Shown: positions 17,900-26,816 of the stretch, in pieces | How the letters are laid out: every line of letters starts with the position of its first letter | Position numbering within the stretch: position 1 is the stretch's first letter | Source: Aliivibrio fischeri ES114 | GTDB taxonomy: Bacteria; Pseudomonadota; Gammaproteobacteria; Enterobacterales; Vibrionaceae | DNA: 32,000 nt | NCBI RefSeq assembly: GCF_000011805.1 | Contig: NC_006840.2 | Strand: one strand, 5' to 3' | Translations under genes and position numbers: made by a program | Notes under the pieces: generated by a model | What the model was told of the DNA's origin: nothing | Seen by the model: only the letters and a program-made list of their open reading frames with translations | Database searches by the model: none

Positions 17900-19129
17900 A
17901 TGCTTATTAAATTAGCTTGGCGAAACCTATGGCGACAGAAAAGAAGAACGATATTAACGGCCTCTGCATTAGCCTTGGCCTTATTACTTTCGTTGTTGAT
18001 GCGTAGCATTCAAGAAGGGAGCTATACAGCAAATATCGAGAATGCCGCACGTTTATCAACTGGCCTTATTCAACTGCAAAATCCCGAATTTAAAGAAACG
18101 CAAAGTATTGATGATTTGTTACCAATGAGTGACGACTTCATCGCTCCCACTAAGCAACAACCTAATATCCAATTTACCTTACCTCGAATTGAAACGTTTT
18201 CACTTGCTGCCGCAAAAGATAAGTCCAAGGGTGTATTAGTTGTTGGTGTCGATCCTCAACCTGAAAATACCTATTCATCTTTGGCAGATAAAGTGGTGCA
18301 AGGAGCGTATTTTACCGCAACGGATAAATCGGTATTGTTATCAGAAGGACTGGCGAGATATTTTCAGTTAAATGTAGGGGATGAAATTGTTCTTTATGGG
18401 CAAGGTTATCGAGGGCAGACTGCAGCAGGCTTATATGTAATAAAAGGCATTGTTCACTTTCCAATGCCAGATCTAAATAACCAATTAATCTACCTTCCGA
18501 TTCAAGAAGCGGTTCAACTCTTTAGTACCGAGAATCAAGTAACGTCATGGGTGTTGCATACACGTGATTTTTCTTTGTTACCACAAACGGTTGATAACCT
18601 ACAAAAAGGGTATGGGCAAGTAGTGTCTGTACGTCCGTGGAATGATCTTAGCCCTGAAATGGAACAGCAAATTCAAATCGATAGAGTGAGCGGTATTATC
18701 ATGATGTACATTTTATATGGCATTGTGGGCTTTGGTTTGTTCGCCACATTATTAATGATGACGCTTGAAAGACAGCGCGAATTTGGTGTGATGTTAGCGA
18801 CTGGAATGGTTCGGTTTCGATTATTAAAGCTGTTAGTAATTGAATCTTTCTTTATTGGCTTATTAGGTATTCTTTTAGGCTTAGTTATCGCTATTCCGGT
18901 TCTTGGTTATCTTTATATCAATCCAATTACATTAACGGGTGAAACCGCCAAAGCGATGCTTGAAATGGGGTATGATCCTGTTATTCCAGTATTAATCAGT
19001 GGGTGGCTTTTTATAAACCAAATGTTGATTGTTACAGGTTTACTGCTTTTATGCCTATTATATCCATTATGGCGTGTTTATCACCTCGATATTGTTACTG
19101 CATTAAAAGGAGGTTCTCATGCTGCTTAA
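17900..19129 (+). CDS. ABC transporter permease, FtsX/MacB type (permease 1)
   Basis: Starts MLIKLAWRNLWRQKRRT, parallel to its paralogue. N-terminal TM, ~220-aa periplasmic domain, and three C-terminal TMs with ERQREFGVMLATG. AGGTG lies 8 nt upstream of ATG17900. The track begins at GTG17891. Confidence 0.9.
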   Translation: MLIKLAWRNLWRQKRRTILTASALALALLLSLLMRSIQEGSYTANIENAARLSTGLIQLQNPEFKETQSIDDLLPMSDDFIAPTKQQPNIQFTLPRIETFSLAAAKDKSKGVLVVGVDPQPENTYSSLADKVVQGAYFTATDKSVLLSEGLARYFQLNVGDEIVLYGQGYRGQTAAGLYVIKGIVHFPMPDLNNQLIYLPIQEAVQLFSTENQVTSWVLHTRDFSLLPQTVDNLQKGYGQVVSVRPWNDLSPEMEQQIQIDRVSGIIMMYILYGIVGFGLFATLLMMTLERQREFGVMLATGMVRFRLLKLLVIESFFIGLLGILLGLVIAIPVLGYLYINPITLTGETAKAMLEMGYDPVIPVLISGWLFINQMLIVTGLLLLCLLYPLWRVYHLDIVTALKGGSHAA

Positions 19130-20336
19130 ATTAGCGTGGCGTAATGTGTGGCGCAATAAAATGAGAACCTCAATCATGCTGGGCGCTATGATCTTCGGTG
19201 TCGTAGGCGTGATTTTAATGATGGGGTTCATGTCTGGCTTTATCGATAATATGGTGAAAAATACCATTCAGTGGCAAACCAGCCATATTCAAATTCATCA
19301 AAAGAATTATGCGTTAAATCCGGATATCAATCTTGTTATTGATGAAGAAAAGGAAATCACTCCGCTATTAAATGATTCCTCAGACGTGAAAGCATGGTCA
19401 AGTCGTACTTTAGTTAACGGCATGATAGCGTCAGCACGAAGTACCAGAGGCATAAAGATAAATGGCATCAATCTTCAAATGGAGAAAAAAATAACCCCGT
19501 TATCGGCACATATCATTGATGGTGAATGGCTAAGTGAAACTGGGCGAAATCCCATTTTAGTATCACAAAAAACCGCAGAGCGATTAAAACTGCGCGTGGG
19601 TTCTAAAGTCGTGCTTACTTTTAGTGATACGACAGGCGAAGTTACTGGAGCTGCGTTTAGAGTCAGTGGCATATTTAAAACATCGTCGAGCACGTTTGAT
19701 GATGCCAACACTTACGTTCGTAAAGCAGATTTACAGAAAGTTGGAAAAGTATTTCAAGATCATGAAATAGCGATTTTATTAAACGACAATACAAAAGTAG
19801 AGGCGTTTAGAGATCACTTAATAACAAATATAAATTCAGATAATAGTGTGCAAGATTGGCTGCAATTACAGCCTATTTTGTCAACGATGATGAGTTCGAT
19901 GAACGCTGGTAATCAAGTTATTTTAGTCATTTTTATTGTCGCAATGGGCTTTGGGATCATTAATATTTTATTGATGTCCGTGTTTGAGCGCACTCGAGAG
20001 TTTGGTGTTCTGATGGCCGTTGGCATGAAGAAAGATCGGATTCGTTATCTAATTATTTTGGAGTCTGGATTCCTAGGGTTATTAGGAGGAGGGATAGGAG
20101 TACTGCTGTCCATATTATGCATAGCGGTGTTCAACCATACCGGTATTCCACTAGAGTCCATGGCACAAGGCCTTAATGCATTTGGTATTGATTCGGTACT
20201 TTATCCTAGTATTTCATGGCATCAATACGCAGTGGTATCCATTATGGTCTTCTTTGTTAGTGTGTGTGCGGGGTTATATCCAGCGCACCAGATCATTAAA
20301 AAGAATCCTGTTCAAGCAATGGCAGAAAAGCAATAA
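19119..20336 (+). CDS. ABC transporter permease, FtsX/MacB type (permease 2)
   Basis: Starts MLLKLAWRNVWRNKMRT, has the same 1+3 TM topology and ERTREFGVLMAVG. Its start overlaps the upstream stop by 11 nt (ATGCTGCTTAA). Confidence 0.9.
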   Translation: MLLKLAWRNVWRNKMRTSIMLGAMIFGVVGVILMMGFMSGFIDNMVKNTIQWQTSHIQIHQKNYALNPDINLVIDEEKEITPLLNDSSDVKAWSSRTLVNGMIASARSTRGIKINGINLQMEKKITPLSAHIIDGEWLSETGRNPILVSQKTAERLKLRVGSKVVLTFSDTTGEVTGAAFRVSGIFKTSSSTFDDANTYVRKADLQKVGKVFQDHEIAILLNDNTKVEAFRDHLITNINSDNSVQDWLQLQPILSTMMSSMNAGNQVILVIFIVAMGFGIINILLMSVFERTREFGVLMAVGMKKDRIRYLIILESGFLGLLGGGIGVLLSILCIAVFNHTGIPLESMAQGLNAFGIDSVLYPSISWHQYAVVSIMVFFVSVCAGLYPAHQIIKKNPVQAMAEKQ

Positions 20337-20345
20337 GGTGAGTGT

Positions 20346-21029
20346 ATGACAATTCAAATTAAGCAATTATGCAAAACATACAATCAAGATACAGAGTTTC
20401 CAGTTCACGCCGTTGATCATCTCGATCTTACTATTGAGCAGGGGGAGTTTGTTGCTGTTATTGGTCCATCAGGTTCAGGCAAAACCACCTTACTTAATAT
20501 GCTAGGCGGTATTGATGCCGTAACGTCAGGAAAAGTGAGCATTGATAATCATGAATTAACCGAAATGGATGAAAAGCAACTGATTGAGTTTCGACGAGAC
20601 AATATCGGCTTTATTTTTCAAGACTACAGTTTATTACCTGTTTTAACTGCATTAGAGAATGTTGAGTTTGTTATGCTGTTACAGGGTCACGAAGAGGCTG
20701 AATGTAAATTACGAGCACAGCAATTATTAAAGCGAGTTGGACTAGAAGATCAACAGCACAAGCGACCAGCCCAATTATCTGGCGGTCAACAACAACGAGT
20801 AGCGGTGGCCAGAGCATTAGCCCCACGACCTCGTTTTATTATGGCAGATGAGCCAACGGCAAATTTAGATGCAAAGAGTACCGCAGAGCTGTTAGATATT
20901 ATGGAAGCGCTAAACCAAGAAGAGAATACAACGTTTATTTTTTCTACCCATGATTCTCGCGTATTTGAAAGAGCCAAAAGAATCATCGTGTTTGAAGATG
21001 GCCAATTAAAAGAAGATAAACAGCAATAA
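20346..21029 (+). CDS. ABC transporter ATP-binding protein (LolD/MacB-type)
   Basis: Walker A GPSGSGKTT, signature LSGGQQQRVAVARAL, Walker B FIMADEPT, H-loop STHD. It lies 9 nt after permease 2. Confidence 0.95.
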   Translation: MTIQIKQLCKTYNQDTEFPVHAVDHLDLTIEQGEFVAVIGPSGSGKTTLLNMLGGIDAVTSGKVSIDNHELTEMDEKQLIEFRRDNIGFIFQDYSLLPVLTALENVEFVMLLQGHEEAECKLRAQQLLKRVGLEDQQHKRPAQLSGGQQQRVAVARALAPRPRFIMADEPTANLDAKSTAELLDIMEALNQEENTTFIFSTHDSRVFERAKRIIVFEDGQLKEDKQQ

Positions 21030-21151
21030 TAATGTGAGATAGATCTTGACCTAAATCTGATAGTACATAAACTCCAATGATTAGTTTTTATTAAAGAAAG
21101 ACGTAAGAGTTTGTTCTTACGCCTGATTCTATTCATTGACGAGGTTAAGTC

Positions 21152-22057
21152 ATGTCTAAACGTGATTATTATGAAGTCCTTGGTGTTTCTAAAAGCAGCA
21201 CAGAAAAAGAGATTAAAAAAGCATATAAACGTCTTGCGATGAAATACCACCCAGATAAAAATCAAGGTGATGCACAAGCCGCTGATAAGTTTAAAGAAAT
21301 TAAAGAAGCATACGAAGTATTAACTGATCCAGATAAGCGTGGTCAGTATGATGACTTTGGTCATGCAGCATTCCAAAATGGCGGTAACGGCGGCTTCGGT
21401 GGTGGTTTTGGAGGCGGCCATAGCCAAGGTTTTGGTGGATTTGAAGATATTTTTGGTAGTGCCTTTGGTGGTCGTTCGCGTGGCGGTTTTGGTAGTGGTG
21501 GATTTGAGGATATGTTCTCTCAACATCGTCAACCACGAGCACAAAAAGGACAAGATCGTCAGTTTAACCTGACTGTTGATTTTGCTGATGCAATTAAAGG
21601 TTGTGAGCAAATCATTGAGCTGCCAGTGAATGGCGTAAATAAAAAGATCAATGTAAAAGTACCAGCAGGTATTGAAGACGGTGAAAAGATCCGTTTTGCG
21701 GGTAAAGGTGAATCAGGTATTAACGGTGGCCCAGCTGGGGATCTACTGATCCAAATTAATACTCGACCACACGCAACATTAAAACGTGATGGAAATGATT
21801 TAATTTGTCCTGTGACAACGGATTTTGTTACTGCAGCTTTAGGTGGTGAAGTTGAAATTCAGACTTTAGAGAGTCGTTTTAAACTAAAAGTACCAGCAGG
21901 AACACAAAACGGTCGTAAATTCCGCATGAAAGAAAAAGGTGTGAAAAGCCGTAAAGGTGTAACGGGCGACTTATTGGTTGAAATTACCGTAGCAACACCA
22001 ACAAATTTAACCGAAGAGCAGAAAACATTGCTCATGAAGTTTAAAGAAATCGCATAA
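21152..22057 (+). CDS. J-domain co-chaperone, CbpA-like (type II: no zinc-finger domain)
   Basis: J-domain DYYEVLGVSKSSTEKEIKKAYKRLAMKYHPDKN, then a Gly/Phe-rich linker with repeated GGFED(I/M)F, then DnaJ C-terminal domains (GPAGDLLIQI…, GDLLVEITV). No CxxCxGxG repeats. At 301 aa it is close to E. coli CbpA in length. Confidence 0.88.
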   Translation: MSKRDYYEVLGVSKSSTEKEIKKAYKRLAMKYHPDKNQGDAQAADKFKEIKEAYEVLTDPDKRGQYDDFGHAAFQNGGNGGFGGGFGGGHSQGFGGFEDIFGSAFGGRSRGGFGSGGFEDMFSQHRQPRAQKGQDRQFNLTVDFADAIKGCEQIIELPVNGVNKKINVKVPAGIEDGEKIRFAGKGESGINGGPAGDLLIQINTRPHATLKRDGNDLICPVTTDFVTAALGGEVEIQTLESRFKLKVPAGTQNGRKFRMKEKGVKSRKGVTGDLLVEITVATPTNLTEEQKTLLMKFKEIA

Positions 22058-22095
22058 CTAGCGGAAATATTTAACGAGAAAGGAGGCGTGAATAT

Positions 22096-23280
22096 ATGAT
22101 GAGAAAAATCGGATTATTCATGCCTTTTTTGTTGTTTGTTAGTTATGAAATACAAGCAGAAATTCCGGGTCTTGCACCAGAGAAAAAATGGGATTTAAAT
22201 GGCTATGTAAAGTACATGGCAACCAATACCATTCCTAACTCCTCCTCATATCCATCTACCTTTGATAATTTAATTCATCAGCGTTTTAATTTTGAATATC
22301 GCTTTTCGGATCATTTACGTGTGAATCTTGGTATGCGTAATCGTCTTATGTTCGGTGATACAGCTGAATACCCAAATTATGGAGAGTACATCTCTTATGA
22401 TCCTGGTTACGTTGATTTATCGAAAAACTGGCTGGATAAAAAGGGCGTTGTGGGGAACTCGCAGTTTGATCGTGCTTATATCAACTGGAATAAAAATGAT
22501 TGGCAAGCAAGAGTTGGACGATTCCGTATCAACTGGGGAATGACGACGGTTTGGAATCCGAATGACATTTTCAATTCTTATTCCATTTATGATTTTGATT
22601 ATGAAGAGCGTCCAGGAACGGATGCCATAATGGTAAGCAAAAAACTTGGTTTTGCTAGCTCAATTGATATGGTGTTTAACCCTAATTCAAACAGTGAGCT
22701 TGATAGCTATGCAACACGATACCTGTTTAATAAACAAGGGTGGGACATGCAAGTTCTATTAGGTAAATCTCACCTTGATTATGTGCTTGGTGCCGGTTTT
22801 GCTGGGGACATTTATGGAGCAGGGTTGAGAGGCGAATTCAGTTGGTTTGAACCCACTCAGAGTCGTTATGACAACCAAGATCTCGTTGCATCCAGTGTAT
22901 CAAGCCTTGAAATGGATTATCGATTTAACAGTGTGAATAATTGGGTGCTACAAGGCTCTGTGATGCATATCTCTGAACCGCAAGATGTAGATAGTGTAAT
23001 GAGCTATTTAAATCTCCCATTAACGGCACGAACCCTCAGTTTTACCCACTGGACTTGGTACTCAAGTTTAGGTTTTGATATCTCTTCTTTGTCACGCATG
23101 AATATCATGGGAAGTTATTATGACGATGGTTCTTATTTTATAGGGTTAAACCAAACCTATTCGTTATCCGATAACTGGCAGCTTATTGGGGTTGTGCAAT
23201 ATTTTGATGGCATGAATGATAGTGTATTTGGTGAAAACCCAAGTACTTTATTGTATGCGCAAGTGAAGTGGAGTTTTTAA
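22096..23280 (+). CDS. Putative outer-membrane beta-barrel protein (unknown family)
   Basis: Strong SD AGGAGG (22081-22086) and a signal peptide (…VSYEIQA|EIP). Alternating amphipathic strands are rich in Tyr/Asn/Gly, and the C-terminal beta-signal YAQVKWSF ends in Phe. Confidence 0.65.
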   Translation: MMRKIGLFMPFLLFVSYEIQAEIPGLAPEKKWDLNGYVKYMATNTIPNSSSYPSTFDNLIHQRFNFEYRFSDHLRVNLGMRNRLMFGDTAEYPNYGEYISYDPGYVDLSKNWLDKKGVVGNSQFDRAYINWNKNDWQARVGRFRINWGMTTVWNPNDIFNSYSIYDFDYEERPGTDAIMVSKKLGFASSIDMVFNPNSNSELDSYATRYLFNKQGWDMQVLLGKSHLDYVLGAGFAGDIYGAGLRGEFSWFEPTQSRYDNQDLVASSVSSLEMDYRFNSVNNWVLQGSVMHISEPQDVDSVMSYLNLPLTARTLSFTHWTWYSSLGFDISSLSRMNIMGSYYDDGSYFIGLNQTYSLSDNWQLIGVVQYFDGMNDSVFGENPSTLLYAQVKWSF

Positions 23281-23327
23281 TATAATCACTTGCTCTCAAG
23301 TCTTTTTCTTTCGCTACTTCTGATTAA

Positions 23328-23585
23328 TTACTGTGATTGGTATAAGTCTAGGTTGCTTTTTGCTTTATCACGACATAACCATGCTGCAAACTCTCTAATC
23401 TTAGGAAGAATGGTAAGGTTGGCAGTAATTGCCACAGGCCAAGCAATGGTAAAGCCATTCATCCATGCTGATACCCACTCAACACTGAATCCTCCCATTC
23501 TAATTGCCGACATAGAGCCAGACATTAATAGTGCCATGGTAACTGACGAAAGTAAGGCGGACACCCAAAATTGTTTTCTACTCAT
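23328..23585 (-). CDS. DUF2798-family small membrane protein
   Basis: 85 aa with two hydrophobic helices. The pattern WVSALLSSVTMALLMSGSMS…WVSAWMNGFTIAWPVA matches my memory of DUF2798. It is divergent from a LysR gene, a common context for the family. Confidence 0.65.
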   Translation of the reverse strand: MSRKQFWVSALLSSVTMALLMSGSMSAIRMGGFSVEWVSAWMNGFTIAWPVAITANLTILPKIREFAAWLCRDKAKSNLDLYQSQ

Positions 23586-23677
23586 CTTTTCTCTCTTATT
23601 TTTAATAAATTAACGGTTAGTTATATTGGTAAATTTAATAAGAGTGAGTATATTAGTTTCATTAATGATAGAAAATA

Positions 23678-24559
23678 ATGAGTTCTAGAAGTATGAATTC
23701 CATATTTGGAAGTATTGATGATTTATTTCTTTTTTGTAAAGTGGCTCAGCTTGGGTCACAACAAAGTGCGGCAAAAGAGCTGAAAGTGCCCGTTTCAACG
23801 GTTTCACGCAGGATTTCATCTATGGAAGAGAAGTTAGGCGTTCGCTTATTAGAGAAAAGAGGACGAGAACTCGTACCAACAGAAACAGGAAAACACTATT
23901 ACCAATTGCTTGAAAGTCAGTTTTCAGACCTAGAAAGTAACTGTCATCAACTTAATGAGCACGTTGATGAAGTGACAGGGATGATTCGTTTATCTTTACC
24001 ATATCGATTTTATCATCATTATGTTCGTGATTTGATCGTGGATTTTTTACTGGAATACCCAAAGGCGCAAATTGAAGTCAACCTATGTGCAGAAGATACA
24101 CTACCAGCCACAGATCGAGATTTAGTACTGACTTTTGATATTAGCAGAGCCGATGGAATGATAGCTCGTCCTCTGTTTTTAGCAAAGCACGGTGTATTTG
24201 TGACCAAATCTTATTGGGAACATAATCAAACAAAGAATATTGAAGAGTTGGATTGGATTCGATTGAATGATCAGAAAAACCTAACTTATACCGATGAAAA
24301 GCAAACTTTAAAGGAAATACATGTCCGCCCTAGATTAGAGGTGAATGATCTTGACCAAGTACTTCATGCAACGGTTAAAGGGTTAGGGGCTGCTCGATTA
24401 CCAGTACACCTTGTTACTTCTGATATGGACTTAGTTGAGATCTTTCCTGATTACTCGTTTCCGCCAAGGCAATCGTATTTAGTATATAAACAACGAAAAT
24501 ATCAACCTAGAGCATTAACGATTCTAGTAGAGCGAATTATTAGCGTGATGGAACGATAA
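23678..24559 (+). CDS. LysR-family transcriptional regulator
   Basis: HTH region LFLFCKVAQLGSQQSAAKELKVPVSTVSRRISSMEEKLGVRLLEKRGRELVPTETG plus an effector domain. ATG23693 (MNSIF…) is an alternative start. Confidence 0.9.
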   Translation: MSSRSMNSIFGSIDDLFLFCKVAQLGSQQSAAKELKVPVSTVSRRISSMEEKLGVRLLEKRGRELVPTETGKHYYQLLESQFSDLESNCHQLNEHVDEVTGMIRLSLPYRFYHHYVRDLIVDFLLEYPKAQIEVNLCAEDTLPATDRDLVLTFDISRADGMIARPLFLAKHGVFVTKSYWEHNQTKNIEELDWIRLNDQKNLTYTDEKQTLKEIHVRPRLEVNDLDQVLHATVKGLGAARLPVHLVTSDMDLVEIFPDYSFPPRQSYLVYKQRKYQPRALTILVERIISVMER

Positions 24560-24561
24560 AA

Positions 24562-24583
24562 TCCAAGTGCGTTAACACTTGGA
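24562..24583. terminator. Bidirectional terminator between convergent LysR and HAD-hydrolase genes
   Basis: TCCAAGTG (24562-24569) pairs with CACTTGGA (24576-24583), 6-nt loop. CTTTATT follows on the + strand and TTTTAT on the - strand. Confidence 0.6.
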
Positions 24584-24607
24584 CTTTATTATTGAAATGT
24601 GAAAGCG

Positions 24608-25603
24608 TTAGTAAACAGTACACCACTCATTTTTCATATCGATTAAGTACCAGTTATCACGCTGGTTAGCTTCATCCATCGCTTTATCTAAATGGCCAAC
24701 ACTTGATTTACGATCGTATTTCCATTCACGAGCTTCGTCTGTGTGATGAACGATCATCGCCATTGAATTTGGCTGGCTAGTTGCCCATTGCATCATTGCA
24801 TGGTCACCATCTGAGTTACCAATGGCTAATACTGGTTTCTTACCAATGATGTGTTGAATATTTTCAACCTTACCTGCTTTGTCATCAATGGTCAGGATTT
24901 CACCTAGTTTAGTGACCGTTGGATTGCTGTTGTTGTAATCGTATTTGTATTTTAATGCGCTACCAATGATTTGCTCTTCAGGAATACCATACACTTCTGG
25001 TGCCCATGTACGCATGAAATCAACGCCACCGCCAGAAACGATATAAACTTTAAAGTCATGATCTTGTAGGTAAGTGACCATTTCACGCATTGGTTTGTAA
25101 GTAAGCTCAGTATAGGCTTTATTAAAATGTGGGTCTTTTGCTACTTCTAACCATTGTGCGACAGTTTGTTGGTATTCTTCAACGGTCATGCCACTGTGAG
25201 TTGCTGTAACTATGTCGAGTAGGGCTTTTTCACCACCAGCAAACACGTTTTTGATGTCATTATTTAGAACAGATTTAAATGGTTCTTGTGTTTTCCATTC
25301 AGGATGCTCTTTTGCCATGTTCTTTACTTGGTCCAGCGCAAATGCTAGCTGAAAATAGTAAGGTTTTTCTGACCATAATGTTCCATCATTATCGAAGACA
25401 GCAATGCGGTCTTGTTCAGGAATAAAGGTTTTTTTTGAAGCATCCGTAGATTGATCAACGTAGTTGACGATTGCTGTTTTACTTGCTCCATCTTGCCATG
25501 AAGGTAGTAGATTTGGGTCACAATCTAAAGCCATCGCTGAAAAGGATAAGCCAGATAAGACTGCTAGGGCACAGATATTTTTCTTATTCATATTATTATT
25601 CAC
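24608..25603 (-). CDS. Secreted HAD-superfamily hydrolase (phosphatase-like)
   Basis: Signal peptide (…LSFSAMA|LD). HAD motif I VFDNDGTLW, motif II YIVSGGG, motif IV GNSDGDHAM. Confidence 0.8.
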   Translation of the reverse strand: MNNNMNKKNICALAVLSGLSFSAMALDCDPNLLPSWQDGASKTAIVNYVDQSTDASKKTFIPEQDRIAVFDNDGTLWSEKPYYFQLAFALDQVKNMAKEHPEWKTQEPFKSVLNNDIKNVFAGGEKALLDIVTATHSGMTVEEYQQTVAQWLEVAKDPHFNKAYTELTYKPMREMVTYLQDHDFKVYIVSGGGVDFMRTWAPEVYGIPEEQIIGSALKYKYDYNNSNPTVTKLGEILTIDDKAGKVENIQHIIGKKPVLAIGNSDGDHAMMQWATSQPNSMAMIVHHTDEAREWKYDRKSSVGHLDKAMDEANQRDNWYLIDMKNEWCTVY

Positions 25604-25704
25604 CTAATGTTTGTATCGTTTGAATACATTTATAAAGTCTAGCAATAAATGTCATGAAAAAAGGTTATAAGTGGTATAACAGCTTATATTGACTGTTAGT
25701 TATA

Positions 25705-26556
25705 TTAGATCCTATTCATAGTAGATGAGATTTCATCAATCAACAGCTTAGCTTTATCACTTTTTATTTGTAACAACGTCATGAAGAGTAAATCCGTGAT
25801 GACATTCTGAGCGGTTCTTGATGAAATGGATGAACTACGAAATTGTCTTTCATCTGCAATAGTATCAATACAAAAGTTAGCCAACTTACGTAGAGGGCTT
25901 TTCTTTGTACTTGTTAACGCAATCACCGTTGCTCCTTTATCCATTGCTGTTTGTGCAGCCATTAGGATTTCTTTTCGACTACCAGAATATGAGATAACGA
26001 TTTGAACATCTTGTTTGGTTAAGGTATTTGCCGTTGCAATTTGAACATGACTATCTTGCTCGGTCAGTGCTGTCATTCCAATTTTCAGTAATTTGAAGGC
26101 CAGATCTTTCGCTGTTAATGCGGAGCCACCAATCCCTACAATTTGAATACGTTGCGCTTGGTTAAGCAGAGTTGTGACGAGTTCAAATTCAGAGAAGTTA
26201 ATCGCGTTTGTTGTAGCTATCAGTGCGTGAGTTTTTTCTTGTACTAACTTCTGAGCAATGGTCAGGGAGGAGTCGTCACTATTGATCTTGTTATGGATAG
26301 GACGCTCAGGTTCGAGGATCGCTTGTTTTCGACCAAGATCTTCAATAATCGCTAACTTGAATGCTGTAAATCCTTTAAACCCGAGCCGTTGAGTAAGTTT
26401 CACAATACTTGATTGCGATACGCCTACTTTAGCGGCAAGAGCTTGGCTCGAATAGGAGCTGATTGAAGCTGGATCATCAAGAATAAAGTCCAAAATTTTA
26501 ATCCCGTTTGAGGATAAATTGCTTCTTTGGTTCTGTATCTTTTCTAAAATATTCAT
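25705..26556 (-). CDS. murR: MurR/RpiR-family transcriptional regulator (HTH + SIS domain)
   Basis: N-terminal RpiR-type HTH (SSQALAAKVGVSQSSIVKLTQRLGFKGFTAFK) and a SIS domain (IQIVGIGGSALTAKDLAFKL). It is divergent from murQ-murP, as in E. coli. Confidence 0.85.
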   Translation of the reverse strand: MNILEKIQNQRSNLSSNGIKILDFILDDPASISSYSSQALAAKVGVSQSSIVKLTQRLGFKGFTAFKLAIIEDLGRKQAILEPERPIHNKINSDDSSLTIAQKLVQEKTHALIATTNAINFSEFELVTTLLNQAQRIQIVGIGGSALTAKDLAFKLLKIGMTALTEQDSHVQIATANTLTKQDVQIVISYSGSRKEILMAAQTAMDKGATVIALTSTKKSPLRKLANFCIDTIADERQFRSSSISSRTAQNVITDLLFMTLLQIKSDKAKLLIDEISSTMNRI

Positions 26557-26729
26557 TCCATCTCATTTTTATTGAATTAATTATTCCAAATTTGCTTATA
26601 TTATTCTTTTGTTTTTATCTTTCTGTAACTTGTTGTATATGAATGAGTTGTGCCATTTATTGAACTGTTTTTACTTAATTTTAAAATGTATTTATTCCAT
26701 CTATTTTGAGAGTTTAGAATAACTTTTGT

Positions 26730-26771
26730 TGTGATTTTGGTCACTTTATGGAATTTTTTATTCTTTATGAT
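26730..26771 (+). promoter_or_regulatory. Candidate class II CRP-dependent murQP promoter
   Basis: CRP site TGTGAttttggTCACT (26730-26745, 9 of 10 core positions). -10 TATGAT at 26766-26771 puts the site centre near -41.5, with no good -35, as expected for a class II activator-dependent promoter. Confidence 0.5.
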
Positions 26772-26816
26772 AGCAAGCATCAAAATTAAGCATTTAACTT
26801 TTAAAGAGTACAGATT

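Noticed and set aside
21046-21121. Promoter TTGACC-16-TAAACT and a 7-bp hairpin (21102-21121) as a heat-shock promoter or RNA thermometer for the J-protein gene
   Set aside because: The hexamers are plausible for sigma70 but unremarkable. There is no sigma32-type CCCCAT -10. The hairpin does not occlude the SD and is short. It is not reported as a feature.
20786-21277. 163-aa - strand ORF spanning the ABC ATPase 3' end and the J-protein 5' end
   Set aside because: It is antisense to two genes with unambiguous motifs, crosses their intergenic spacer, and has no recognisable features of its own.
21300-21610. Cluster of overlapping ORFs (80, 96 and 77 aa) inside the J-protein gene
   Set aside because: They are by-products of the repetitive GGT/GGC/TTT codons that encode the Gly/Phe-rich linker, which leaves alternative frames open. 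The J-protein frame explains the region.
23290-23613. 107-aa + strand ORF overlapping the DUF2798 gene
   Set aside because: It is antisense to an ORF with a recognisable family pattern. The product is low-complexity Leu/Ser/Ile-rich with no SD or motif, so the - strand DUF2798 reading is preferred.
26601-26783. 60-aa - strand ORF in the murR-murQ spacer
   Set aside because: It sits in very AT-rich promoter DNA, gives a Lys/Asn/Ile-rich product, and overlaps the CRP site and -10 element. It is most likely a chance ORF.
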